A DNA stretch of 64,000 nucleotides from an uncultured Actinomycetes bacterium (lineage in GTDB: Bacteria; Actinomycetota; UBA4738; HRBIN12): NCBI GenBank assembly GCA_963704725.1, contig OY969934.1:1568001-1632000 (forward strand), in the 5' to 3' direction. A program made the position numbers and the translations under genes. The notes under the pieces were generated by a model. It ran no database searches. It saw nothing but the letters and a program-made list of their open reading frames with translations, and was not told where the DNA came from. The first letter of the stretch is position 1. The number at the start of each line of letters is the position of its first letter. Below are positions 51,900-61,069 of this stretch, one piece after another.

Positions 51900-54050
51900 A
51901 TGGGAGAGAAGATCCGCGACGACCCCGCGCTGGAGCGTTCGACGCGGCGATGGCAGACATCGGGCATGGTCGTGTTCCTCCTCCTCGTCCTCGCCTTCCC
52001 CGTCTACCGGCTGACCGAGGGAGGGCGCCTGGACGACGCGCGGGCGTCGGAGCATGCCGCGCAGATCGCGGCGGGGCGGCAGCTCTGGTCGCTCAACTGC
52101 TCGAGCTGCCACGGGGCGCAGGGAGAGGGCGTGGACGCGCCCGCGCTGAACTCCCAGGAGTTCCTGCAGAGCGTCTCGGACCGGCAGATCCACGGCATCG
52201 TGGCCGGCGGGATCCCGGGCTCGGCGATGCCCGCCTGGCTGGACGAGTACGGCGGACCGCTCACCGATCAGCAGATCGCCGCCCTCGTCGCCTTCGTCCG
52301 GTCCTGGGAGCCGACCGCGCCGAGCGTTCCCGACTGGCGGACCCCGTCCGGAGTCGCCGTGATGCGGGCGATGGCCGGCGCTCGGACCCGGCGCCGCATC
52401 GTGGCCGCCGTGCCGCTCGTGCTGGCGATGACCGCGTGCGTGGCGCAGGGTCAGAACCCGGCGGCGTCGCGCACGGTCGTGTTCATCCCCGGATCGGGCG
52501 CCGCGGAAGGGCCCGCTCTGTTGGGGTACGACGACCCGTCGAAGTCCGGCTCGGTGGTCTCCGTCGCCCTGGGCACCACCTCGCCCAGTCAGATGACGAT
52601 CGAGCTGTCCCAATCGGTGGCGCCCCAGGGCAGCGTCTCCTTCCTGGTCACCAACACCGCGGCCGAGACCCACGAGTTCGTGGTCCTGCAGACCGACCAG
52701 CCCGCCGATGCCTTCCCGGTCGTGTCCTTCGAGGGGGAGGCCAACCGCATCGACGAGGAGGCCACCGGCGTCATCAACGTGGGCGAGACCGGCGACATGG
52801 AGGCCGGTGCCGTCCAGATGCTCACGCTGGACCTGCCGCCCGGTCACTACGCCGTGGTCTGCAACCTGCCGGGCCACTACGCCGCCGGGATGCACCAGGA
52901 CTTCTGGGTCACCCCGACGGGGTCGACCCCGGTCTCCGTCGCCCTGGGCACCACCTCGCCCAGTCAGATGACGATCGAGCTGTCCCAATCGGTGGCGCCC
53001 CAGGGCAGCGTCTCCTTCCTGGTCACCAACACCGCGGCCGAGACCCACGAGTTCGTGGTCCTGCAGACCGACCAGCCCGCCGATGCCTTCCCGGTCGTGT
53101 CCTTCGAGGGGGAGGCCAACCGCATCGACGAGGAGGCCACCGGCGTCATCAACGTGGGCGAGACCGGCGACATGGAGGCCGGTGCCGTCCAGATGCTCAC
53201 GCTGGACCTGCCGCCCGGTCACTACGCCGTGGTCTGCAACCTGCCGGGCCACTACGCCGCCGGGATGCACCAGGACTTCTGGGTCACCCCGACGGGGTCG
53301 ACCCCGGTCTCCGTCGCCCTGGGCACCACCTCGCCCAGTCAGATGACGATCGAGCTGTCCCAATCGGTGGCGCCCCAGGGCAGCGTCTCCTTCCTGGTCA
53401 CCAACACCGCGGCCGAGACCCACGAGTTCGTGGTCCTGCAGACCGACCAGCCCGCCGATGCCTTCCCGGTCGTGTCCTTCGAGGGGGAGGCCAACCGCAT
53501 CGACGAGGAGGCCACCGGCGTCATCAACGTGGGCGAGACCGGCGACATGGAGGCCGGTGCCGTCCAGATGCTCACGCTGGACCTGCCGCCCGGTCACTAC
53601 GCCGTGGTCTGCAACCTGCCGGGCCACTACGCCGCCGGGATGCACCAGGACTTCTGGGTCACCCCGACGGGGTCGACCCCGGTCTCCGTCGCCCTGGGCA
53701 CCACCTCGCCCAGTCAGATGACGATCGAGCTGTCCCAATCGGTGGCGCCCCAGGGCAGCGTCTCCTTCCTGGTCACCAACACCGCGGCCGAGACCCACGA
53801 GTTCGTGGTCCTGCAGACCGACCAGCCCGCCGATGCCTTCCCGGTCGTGTCCTTCGAGGGGGAGGCCAACCGCATCGACGAGGAGGCCACCGGCGTCATC
53901 AACGTGGGCGAGACCGGCGACATGGAGGCCGGTGCCGTCCAGATGCTCACGCTGGACCTGCCGCCCGGTCACTACGCCGTGGTCTGCAACCTGCCGGGCC
54001 ACTACGCCGCCGGGATGCACCAGGACTTCTGGGTCACCCCGCGCCCCTGA
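51900..54050 (+). CDS. Membrane cytochrome c fused to four tandem cupredoxin domains (possibly two genes)
   Basis: TM, CSSCH and AMPAW; internal signal RTRRR...MTAC; four copies of HEFVVL...CNLPGHYAAGM. Confidence 0.85.
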   Translation: MGEKIRDDPALERSTRRWQTSGMVVFLLLVLAFPVYRLTEGGRLDDARASEHAAQIAAGRQLWSLNCSSCHGAQGEGVDAPALNSQEFLQSVSDRQIHGIVAGGIPGSAMPAWLDEYGGPLTDQQIAALVAFVRSWEPTAPSVPDWRTPSGVAVMRAMAGARTRRRIVAAVPLVLAMTACVAQGQNPAASRTVVFIPGSGAAEGPALLGYDDPSKSGSVVSVALGTTSPSQMTIELSQSVAPQGSVSFLVTNTAAETHEFVVLQTDQPADAFPVVSFEGEANRIDEEATGVINVGETGDMEAGAVQMLTLDLPPGHYAVVCNLPGHYAAGMHQDFWVTPTGSTPVSVALGTTSPSQMTIELSQSVAPQGSVSFLVTNTAAETHEFVVLQTDQPADAFPVVSFEGEANRIDEEATGVINVGETGDMEAGAVQMLTLDLPPGHYAVVCNLPGHYAAGMHQDFWVTPTGSTPVSVALGTTSPSQMTIELSQSVAPQGSVSFLVTNTAAETHEFVVLQTDQPADAFPVVSFEGEANRIDEEATGVINVGETGDMEAGAVQMLTLDLPPGHYAVVCNLPGHYAAGMHQDFWVTPTGSTPVSVALGTTSPSQMTIELSQSVAPQGSVSFLVTNTAAETHEFVVLQTDQPADAFPVVSFEGEANRIDEEATGVINVGETGDMEAGAVQMLTLDLPPGHYAVVCNLPGHYAAGMHQDFWVTPRP
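52556..54041 (+). repeat. Tandem repeat, 375-bp unit, about 3.96 copies
   Basis: Units start 52556, 52931, 53306, 53681; no mismatch seen by eye and ORF translations in several frames repeat exactly. Confidence 0.97.
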
Positions 54051-54074
54051 GGCCCGACCCCGCGGTCGGAGCGG

Positions 54075-54476
54075 TCAGCCGACCGGCTCGATCCGGAGAT
54101 CCGTGTGCCGCGCGATGGCGTCGAAGTCCCGGTTGTCGTGCAGCAGACTAGCGCCCGCTCGGATCGCGACCGCCGCGATCAGGCAATCCGTCATCTTCCG
54201 GATGGTCTCGCCCGCCCCCCAACACTGACGGTAGATCCGGGCCGCCTCCTCGTACCCATGAAGGCCGAGAAGGGGAACGACCGGGTACTCGAGGATCGTC
54301 CCGCGGATCGTGGTGGCATCACGCTCCGTTCGAGCGCCCGCGAGAAGCTCCATGACGACGATCTCGCTGGTCACGAGGTCCGCGTCCTCCTCCACGAGGC
54401 TTCGCAGCGCGTGATGCATCGGCGAAGTCGATCCGCGCAGGAACTCCACCCAGGCGCTCGAGTCGGGCAGGATCAC
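54075..54476 (-). CDS. vapC: PIN-domain toxin (VapC family)
   Basis: ILPDSSAWVEF, MELLAG, DCLIAA, HDNRDF. Confidence 0.92.
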   Translation of the reverse strand: MILPDSSAWVEFLRGSTSPMHHALRSLVEEDADLVTSEIVVMELLAGARTERDATTIRGTILEYPVVPLLGLHGYEEAARIYRQCWGAGETIRKMTDCLIAAVAIRAGASLLHDNRDFDAIARHTDLRIEPVG

Positions 54477-54694
54477 AGCTTCTCGACGACGCGACCACCG
54501 CGCATCTCATCCAGGTCCCCGCTCCAGCCGATCCCTTCGAGAGCCAGCGTCTTCTGCTTCCGTCCCTGTGCCCGGGCGGCGTACCGGAGGGCGAAGTCGA
54601 TCGCCTCGCGCTTGGTGCGGAGCCCGTACAGATCCATGACCCGACGAAGCAGCCCCTCGTCGACCACCACGTTCGTTCTCACCTTCCGCCCCAT
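54473..54694 (-). CDS. vapB: VapB-type antitoxin
   Basis: RTNVVVDEGLL...TKREAIDFAL...GWSGDLDEMR; GTGA overlap with vapC. Confidence 0.9.
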   Translation of the reverse strand: MGRKVRTNVVVDEGLLRRVMDLYGLRTKREAIDFALRYAARAQGRKQKTLALEGIGWSGDLDEMRGGRVVEKL

Positions 54695-54898
54695 GTCTCC
54701 ACCCTAGCACCGACATACACCTCGATGTGTACGCGAGGCGTCAGCGTTCATCGATCCGACGCGGCGCGGCGGGAATGGGACGTCATCGACTCGCTCCGGT
54801 TCCTCCGCCGTGACGCCGAGGGAGCCGGCCACAGCCTGAGCGGCCCGCCGTAGACTGAGCGCGAAACCCGGCCCGAACCCACCTGGGAGGCATCCACG

Positions 54899-57619
54899 AT
54901 GGCCAAGTACGTCTACGACTTCTCCGAAGGCAACAAGGACATGAAGGACCTCCTCGGCGGCAAGGGGGCCAACCTCGCCGAGATGACCAACATGGGCCTA
55001 CCGGTTCCGCACGGCTTCACCGTGTCCACGCAGGCGTGCCTGGCCTACCTCGCGAACGGCGACTTCCCCGACGGACTGATGGAAGAGGTCGAGACGCATC
55101 TGCAGACCCTGGAGTCCGCCATGGGCAAGAGGCTCGGCGACGCCGAGGATCCGCTGCTCGTCTCCGTCCGCAGCGGCGCGAAGTTCTCGATGCCGGGGAT
55201 GATGGACACGGTCCTGAACCTCGGCGCGGGCGAGCACTCGCTCGAGGGCCTGGCCAAGCAGTCCAACGGTGACTGGCGCTTCGCCTGGGACGCGTGCCGC
55301 CGGTTCGTCCAGATGTTCGGCAAGATCGTCATGGACGTGCCGGGCGAGGAGTTCGAGCACGCGCTCGACCGCGCGAAGCAGGCCAAGGGCGAGGGCGCGA
55401 AGGACACGGACCTCGACGCCGACGACCTCAAGGCGCTGCACGGCGAGTTCCTCGATATCTACAAGCGCCACACGGGCAGCGACTTCCCGACCGAGCCGCG
55501 CGAGCAGCTGCGGCTGTCGATCGAGGCCGTCTTCCGCTCCTGGAACGGCAAGCGGGCCCGCGACTACCGCCGCCAGAACAAGATCAGCGACGACCTCGGT
55601 ACCGCCGTGAACGTCCAGGCCATGGTGTTCGGCAACCGGGGGATGGACTCGGGGACCGGGGTGGCGTTCACGCGCGACCCGAGCACCGGCGAGAAGCTCC
55701 CCTACGGCGACTACCTGGAGAACGCGCAGGGCGAAGACGTCGTGGCGGGCATCCGGAACACGAAGCGCATCGAGCAGCTCGAGGAGCTCGACCCGAGCTC
55801 GTACCACCAGCTCATCGGCGTCATGGAAACGCTCGAGGGCCACTACCGCGACATGTGCGACATCGAGTTCACGATCGAGAAGGGCAGGCTCTGGATCCTG
55901 CAGACGCGGATCGGCAAGCGGACCGCCCTCGCCGAGTGGGTCATGGCCTACGACATGCTCGAGGAGGGTCTCGTCGACGAGGACACCGCCCTGCTGCGCG
56001 TCGACGCCAACCGTCTCGAGGAGCTGTTCAAGCGCCGCGTGAAGGCGGGCGGCGCCGAACCGATCGCCCGCGGCCTGAACGCCTCGCCGGGCGCGGCCAT
56101 CGGCGGCGTCGTGTTCTCGGCGGACGAGGCCGAGGAGCGGGCCAAGGGCGGGGACAAGGTGATCCTCGTCCGGCGCGAGACGACCCCCGACGACTACCAC
56201 GGCATGATCGCCTCGCAGGGGATCCTCACGAGCGCCGGCGGCACCAACTCACACGCGGCCGTCGTCGCCCGCGGGGAGGGCATCCCGGCCGTCTGCGGGG
56301 CCGACTCGATCAAGCTCGACCCGTCCACGCGGTCGTTCACGGCAAACGGCACCACCGTGCACGAGGGCGAGGTCGTCACGATCGACGGCTTCACGGGCAA
56401 CGTGTTCGTGGGCGAGCTGCCGCTCGAGGAGTCGGTGCTGGAGAAGGCCCGCTCGGGGGACTCGGCGGCGCAACGGGAGCGGATCTGGAAGGCGTTCGAG
56501 CGCCTCATGGCGCACGCCGACGCCCGCCGGCGCCTCCGCGTCCGCGCCAACGCCGACACCCCCGACCAGTCGGAGAACGCGAGGGCCCGCGGCGCCCAGG
56601 GGATCGGCCTGTGCCGCACCGAGCACATGTTCCTGGGCCAGGAGCGCGTGGCCGCCGTCCAGCAGATGATCTTCGCCGAGACGGCCGAGGAGGAGCAGCA
56701 GGCCTACGACGTCCTGCTTCCGCTGCAGCGCGGCGACTTCGTCGGCATCTTCCGGGCCATGGACGGGCTCCCCGTCACGGTCCGCCTCCTCGACCCGCCG
56801 CTGCACGAGTTCCTGCCGAACCAGGTCGACCTCGCCGTCGGGGTGGCCCGCGCCGAGGAGCGCGGGGAGAGGTCGATCATGTTGCGGGACGAGCAGATTC
56901 CTCTCGACGACGCGAAGGCCATCCTGCGAAAGGTGAACGAGCTCCACGAAGCCAACCCCATGCTCGGCCTGCGCGGGGTGCGCCTGGGGATCGTGAAGCC
57001 GGGGCTGTACGCGATGCAGGTCCGGGCCATCTGCGAGGCGGCCGCCCAGGTCAAGAAGGAGGGGGGCGACCCGCAGGTCGAGATCATGATCCCGCTCGTG
57101 GCGACCCGCGCCGAGCTCGAGCAGATGCGGGCCGAGCTCGAGCCCGTGGCCAGGGACGTCCTGGAGCGCGAGGGCGTCGAGCTCGACCATCTCGAGTGGG
57201 GCACGATGATCGAGGTGCCGCGCGCGGCGGTCACCGCCGGCGAGATCGCCGAGGTCGCCGAGTTCTTCTCCTTCGGGACCAACGACCTGACGCAGATGGG
57301 GTTCGGCTTCAGCCGGGACGACATCGGCAAGTTCGTCGGCATGTACGAGGAGCGCAAGCTCGTGCCGGCCAACCCCTTCGTGACCATCGATCGCCCGGGC
57401 ATCGGGCGCCTGATGCGGATCGCGGCCGAGGAGGGCAAGGCGGCGAACCCGAAGCTGCACCTCGGCATCTGCGGCGAGCACGGCGGCGACCCCGCGAGCG
57501 TCGTGTTCTGTCACGAGGTGGGGCTCGACTACGTGAGCTGCTCACCCTTCCGGGTCGAGACCGCCCGGCTGGCTGCGGGGCAGGCCGTGGTCGGCTCGGC
57601 GGAGTCCGCCTCTAAGTAG
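54899..57619 (+). CDS. ppdK: Pyruvate, phosphate dikinase
   Basis: LGGKGANLAEM, SMPGMMDTVLN, GGTNSHAAVVAR, GLCRTEHMF, SFGTNDLTQM, GICGEHGGDP. Confidence 0.97.
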   Translation: MAKYVYDFSEGNKDMKDLLGGKGANLAEMTNMGLPVPHGFTVSTQACLAYLANGDFPDGLMEEVETHLQTLESAMGKRLGDAEDPLLVSVRSGAKFSMPGMMDTVLNLGAGEHSLEGLAKQSNGDWRFAWDACRRFVQMFGKIVMDVPGEEFEHALDRAKQAKGEGAKDTDLDADDLKALHGEFLDIYKRHTGSDFPTEPREQLRLSIEAVFRSWNGKRARDYRRQNKISDDLGTAVNVQAMVFGNRGMDSGTGVAFTRDPSTGEKLPYGDYLENAQGEDVVAGIRNTKRIEQLEELDPSSYHQLIGVMETLEGHYRDMCDIEFTIEKGRLWILQTRIGKRTALAEWVMAYDMLEEGLVDEDTALLRVDANRLEELFKRRVKAGGAEPIARGLNASPGAAIGGVVFSADEAEERAKGGDKVILVRRETTPDDYHGMIASQGILTSAGGTNSHAAVVARGEGIPAVCGADSIKLDPSTRSFTANGTTVHEGEVVTIDGFTGNVFVGELPLEESVLEKARSGDSAAQRERIWKAFERLMAHADARRRLRVRANADTPDQSENARARGAQGIGLCRTEHMFLGQERVAAVQQMIFAETAEEEQQAYDVLLPLQRGDFVGIFRAMDGLPVTVRLLDPPLHEFLPNQVDLAVGVARAEERGERSIMLRDEQIPLDDAKAILRKVNELHEANPMLGLRGVRLGIVKPGLYAMQVRAICEAAAQVKKEGGDPQVEIMIPLVATRAELEQMRAELEPVARDVLEREGVELDHLEWGTMIEVPRAAVTAGEIAEVAEFFSFGTNDLTQMGFGFSRDDIGKFVGMYEERKLVPANPFVTIDRPGIGRLMRIAAEEGKAANPKLHLGICGEHGGDPASVVFCHEVGLDYVSCSPFRVETARLAAGQAVVGSAESASK

Positions 57620-57639
57620 CCGAATCCCCCGCGTTCCGC

Positions 57640-57666
57640 CGCATCACCCCCTCGACGGGTGATGCG
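57640..57666 (+). terminator. Hairpin after ppdK (putative terminator)
   Basis: CGCATCACCC-7nt-GGGTGATGCG perfect 10-bp stem; no U-tract. Confidence 0.5.
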
Positions 57667-57735
57667 CGCGGGCGCACGCCCGCACTATCCTCGCTCGTCT
57701 CCCCGCCTCCCCGCGAGCAAAGGAGGTGGTGTCTC

Positions 57736-58347
57736 GTGCGGATCACGGCACGGCCGCGATCCCGGATCGGGCGATTCGGGATGCGCGCGCTCTCCACGGT
57801 TCTCGCGCTGCTGCTCCCGTTCCTGCTGGCCTTCCACTGGGCCAACCTCGGGTGGCGCGACAAGCACTACAACTACCCGGCGCGGCCCAACGGGTACACC
57901 CAGATCGTCAACCGGTTCGGGCAGCCGTGCAGCGCAGCCGCGCACGCCATCTCGATGAGCTGGGTCGCGGCCGACACCGGCGCCACGTACACGATCCGGT
58001 TCCACCGCAAGCTCGGCGGGTACCCCACCGAGATGGTCGGGAACAAGGGGGGGTCCTCGACCAACCTCGACAACGACGTCTACGGACACCTCCAGAACGC
58101 ACACCTGCAGCCGTACATCCGGCACGGCATCTACGGCTACCTGTGCCGGACGATCCGCGGCAGCACGACGCAGTGGAGCACCCACGCGTTCGGGATCGCG
58201 GTCGACGTCTCCTCCGCGGCCGAGCCGTTGGGTCAATGCACGTCGACGGTGAATCGCAACACGGCCTCGATCTGGCAGGGCCACAACTGGTACTGGGGTC
58301 TCGCGTTCTGCGACCCCATGCACTTCCAGTACGCGACCGGGTACTGA
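57736..58347 (+). CDS. Secreted M15-family zinc peptidase (peptidoglycan peptidase)
   Basis: AAAGGAGG RBS; signal/TM; R...SxHxxGxAxD (WSTHAFGIAVD) and DPMHFQ. Confidence 0.82.
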   Translation: MRITARPRSRIGRFGMRALSTVLALLLPFLLAFHWANLGWRDKHYNYPARPNGYTQIVNRFGQPCSAAAHAISMSWVAADTGATYTIRFHRKLGGYPTEMVGNKGGSSTNLDNDVYGHLQNAHLQPYIRHGIYGYLCRTIRGSTTQWSTHAFGIAVDVSSAAEPLGQCTSTVNRNTASIWQGHNWYWGLAFCDPMHFQYATGY

Positions 58348-58378
58348 GCCCGGCCGCCCGACCGAGAGGGGTGACGAG

Positions 58379-58900
58379 ATGAAGCGCAGATACGCGGTGG
58401 TGCTCGGGATCGCGCTCGGCCTGGTGGGCTCGATCCTGGGCTTCGCCACGGTGGCCCGCACCGAGCCGCAGGATCGGCCCTCCGACGCCCAGACCGGACC
58501 TCGGGTCCCCAAGGACACCGGGGCGGGGGAGTACCTGATCCCCGTCGTCGGCGGCGTCTACCCGTCCAAGGGCGAGGCGGTCGCCGCGAACGAGCAGATG
58601 ATCTTCGGCGACGTCCAGGGCTACTACGTCGCCCCCTTGTCGCAGTTCGGGGGGCTGGCCGAGCGGCTGGGCGTCACGGACGGATACGCGCTCGTGTCCG
58701 TGTTCCGGACGGAGGAGGGAGCGCAGGAGTTCGTGGACATGGCGGCGTCGTTCGGCCTGCCGGCAACGGTGGTCCCGGACCGCGTGGAGAGCTTCGGCGG
58801 CGTGTACGTGGGCTTGGGCCAGGAGGAGAATCTCGAGGGGACCGGACCCCTGTCGGGACCGATCCCCGCGTCGCTCCGCGCCCCGGGGTCGGCAGGGTGA
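58379..58900 (+). CDS. Exported hypothetical protein
   Basis: MKRR plus hydrophobic signal; host-like codons. Confidence 0.7.
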   Translation: MKRRYAVVLGIALGLVGSILGFATVARTEPQDRPSDAQTGPRVPKDTGAGEYLIPVVGGVYPSKGEAVAANEQMIFGDVQGYYVAPLSQFGGLAERLGVTDGYALVSVFRTEEGAQEFVDMAASFGLPATVVPDRVESFGGVYVGLGQEENLEGTGPLSGPIPASLRAPGSAG

Positions 58901-59325
58901 TCCGAACCCGCGGCATCGTGCTCGCGCTCGTGGCGCTCGCCGCGTGCGTGAGCTCGAGCGGGTCGAACCCCGGCGACGAGCGACCCGAGTGCCAGATCCG
59001 GTTCGCCGCACCGTCCGGGTTCGACGCGCTCGAGACGTTCGAGGAGGACTACCCGGACCACATCGGCGTGCGCCTGGGATACCGGGACGACGAGCGGAGG
59101 GAGTTCCACGTGCTCGTGGGCATCCCGGGGGAGATCGGCGAGGGACTGCCGACCGCGGGTGACCTGGATCTCCGGGACGGCCTGACCGGGGTCCTCGTGG
59201 GCCGCGACGAGGTCTGGATCGTGGTCTGGAACGAGCACGACATCTGCGACCCCCGCGCCGTGATCGGCAACGGGTTCACCCGCGAGACGTTCGTCGCGGC
59301 CCTGGCGGACGCCGGGCTGATGTGA
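58897..59325 (+). CDS. Hypothetical lipoprotein
   Basis: Lipobox LAAC; GTGA overlap. Confidence 0.7.
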   Translation: MIRTRGIVLALVALAACVSSSGSNPGDERPECQIRFAAPSGFDALETFEEDYPDHIGVRLGYRDDERREFHVLVGIPGEIGEGLPTAGDLDLRDGLTGVLVGRDEVWIVVWNEHDICDPRAVIGNGFTRETFVAALADAGLM

Positions 59326-59361
59326 GGAGGCGCCTCCCCCTCGGCGCGGTGAGGAGGAGGC

Positions 59362-59757
59362 ATGAAGAAGTGGTGCGTGCTCGCGGCCCTGATGGTCGGT
59401 CTGAGCTCGGCCCCGGCGCAGGCGAAGACCGTGACGATCGCCGCCTCGCCCAACCCGGCACCGGTGGCGGCTCACGTGCGGCACACCGTCGTCGTGGGCG
59501 CGATGGGACGGCTCGACGCCTGGGTGAGCGCGACGGGGTTCCGGCAGCCCGGTTCGGGAACGCTGCCGCCGGGCGTGTGGTCGTTCGAGTGTTGTCCGAG
59601 TCAGGTCGCGGGCACCTCCGCATGGCACTATCGCTCGCTGGGGCTCGTCCCCCCGGGCTCCTACCGGTTCAACGCGGTCGCGAGGACGAGAGGGAACTAC
59701 GTCTCGACCGCGTGGGTGGCGAGCGGCTCGGCGAGCGTCTCGATCCGGATCTCCTGA
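59362..59757 (+). CDS. Secreted hypothetical protein (beta-rich)
   Basis: GAGGAGG RBS; MKK...AQA signal peptide. Confidence 0.7.
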   Translation: MKKWCVLAALMVGLSSAPAQAKTVTIAASPNPAPVAAHVRHTVVVGAMGRLDAWVSATGFRQPGSGTLPPGVWSFECCPSQVAGTSAWHYRSLGLVPPGSYRFNAVARTRGNYVSTAWVASGSASVSIRIS

Positions 59758-59816
59758 GGATCGAGAGGTCGTTGGAACCGTGGGGTCGCTGTCGATGCCG
59801 TTGCTAGCATCGCCCC

Positions 59817-60428
59817 ATGGGCGCGATCCGCCGACACCCCGTGCTGGTCGCCCTGGGTGGTCTGGCGGTCGCGGGGCTGCTCGTCGTCGGGCTCACGGCC
59901 TTCGCCGTGTGGCGAGCGGCGCACACCGACGACGCCAGCCACATCGATCGCGCCGACGTCATCCTCGTCCTCGGCGCCGCGGAGTACGACGGCGACCCCT
60001 CACCCGTGTTCGAGGGGCGCCTGCGGCACGCCGCCCTGCTGTACCGCGAGGGCCACGCCTCCACCGTGCTGGTGCTCGGGGGCTCGGCGCCCGGCGATCG
60101 AACGTCCGAGGCCGAGGCGGGACGGGACTGGCTGATCCAGGACCAGAGCCTGCCGGCCGAGGCGGTCGTCGCGTCGCCGGTCGGCGGGACGACGCTGGAG
60201 AGCCTGGAGGCCGCGGCCGAGTGGATGCGCGGCCGCGGCCTCGACTCCGCGTTCCTGGTCTCCGATCCCTGGCACAACCTCCGCGTGCGCCGGATGGCGT
60301 CGGACCTGGGGATCCAGGCGTACGTGTCGGCCACGTGGCAGTCGGCGGCGCGGACGGAGCGGACCCGGTTCGAGGGCTACGCCCGAGAGACGTTCGCCTA
60401 CCTCGCCTACCGCGTGCTCGGCCACTGA
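59817..60428 (+). CDS. YdcF/DUF218-family envelope protein
   Basis: TM; ILVLGAA, RLRHA, SEAEAG, VSDPWH..R, RE. Confidence 0.88.
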   Translation: MGAIRRHPVLVALGGLAVAGLLVVGLTAFAVWRAAHTDDASHIDRADVILVLGAAEYDGDPSPVFEGRLRHAALLYREGHASTVLVLGGSAPGDRTSEAEAGRDWLIQDQSLPAEAVVASPVGGTTLESLEAAAEWMRGRGLDSAFLVSDPWHNLRVRRMASDLGIQAYVSATWQSAARTERTRFEGYARETFAYLAYRVLGH

Positions 60429-60450
60429 GGCCGCGGGTCCGCGTCGCCGG

Positions 60451-60966
60451 TTACGTCACCGTCAGGGTGCCGGTCATCGAGGCGTGGAACCGGCAATGGA
60501 AGGCGTAGGTTCCGGGGTCGAGGCCGATCCGCACGTCTTCGACCGTCCCGGGCTGGAGCGTGACGTCGATGCTCGTTCCGTCGACGGTGAACGAGTGCGG
60601 GGTGCCGGCGTTGGCGTTCTCGACGTGGAGCACGGTCCCGGAGGCGGCCTCGACGCTCGTGGGGGCGAACGCGAAGTTGTCCGCCGTGAGGTCTCCCTGC
60701 ATGCCGCCCGAGCCCTGTCCGCCGTCGTTGCCCGAGCCTCCGCCGCCGTTCCCGTAGTCGTATCGGCCGCCGCCACCGCCGCCGTACGCCCCCCCGCCTC
60801 CCCCGGACGAGCCCGTCGAGCCCGTGCCAGCGGTGGCGCTCGAGCCGGAGCGCGCGCCGGTACTGGCGGCCGCCCCGCTCCCGTCGTCGTTCGCGCACGC
60901 GGCGCCGAGCAGGGCGACGGCGGCCAGGACCGCGGCGACGGACGTCCGGATGTGGACAACGGTCAT
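60451..60966 (-). CDS. Cupredoxin lipoprotein with Gly-rich linker
   Basis: Lipobox GAAC; Gly/Ser/Tyr linker; HSFT...CRFHASM copper ligands. Confidence 0.83.
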   Translation of the reverse strand: MTVVHIRTSVAAVLAAVALLGAACANDDGSGAAASTGARSGSSATAGTGSTGSSGGGGGAYGGGGGGRYDYGNGGGGSGNDGGQGSGGMQGDLTADNFAFAPTSVEAASGTVLHVENANAGTPHSFTVDGTSIDVTLQPGTVEDVRIGLDPGTYAFHCRFHASMTGTLTVT

Positions 60967-61069
60967 GGGAGGCGCTCCTCGGTGGGTTGGTCGACGAGGG
61001 TAGTACGCACCGGGTCGGCCCGTGGCTTCCGCGACCGGACGGGTCGTCGACCGGCGCTACCATCAAGCC

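Noticed and set aside
52556-54041. CRISPR array or non-coding repeat
   Set aside because: 375-bp in-frame coding units, no spacers, no cas genes
60720-60860. Gly-rich low-complexity tract as a separate repeat element
   Set aside because: It is the flexible linker of the cupredoxin lipoprotein
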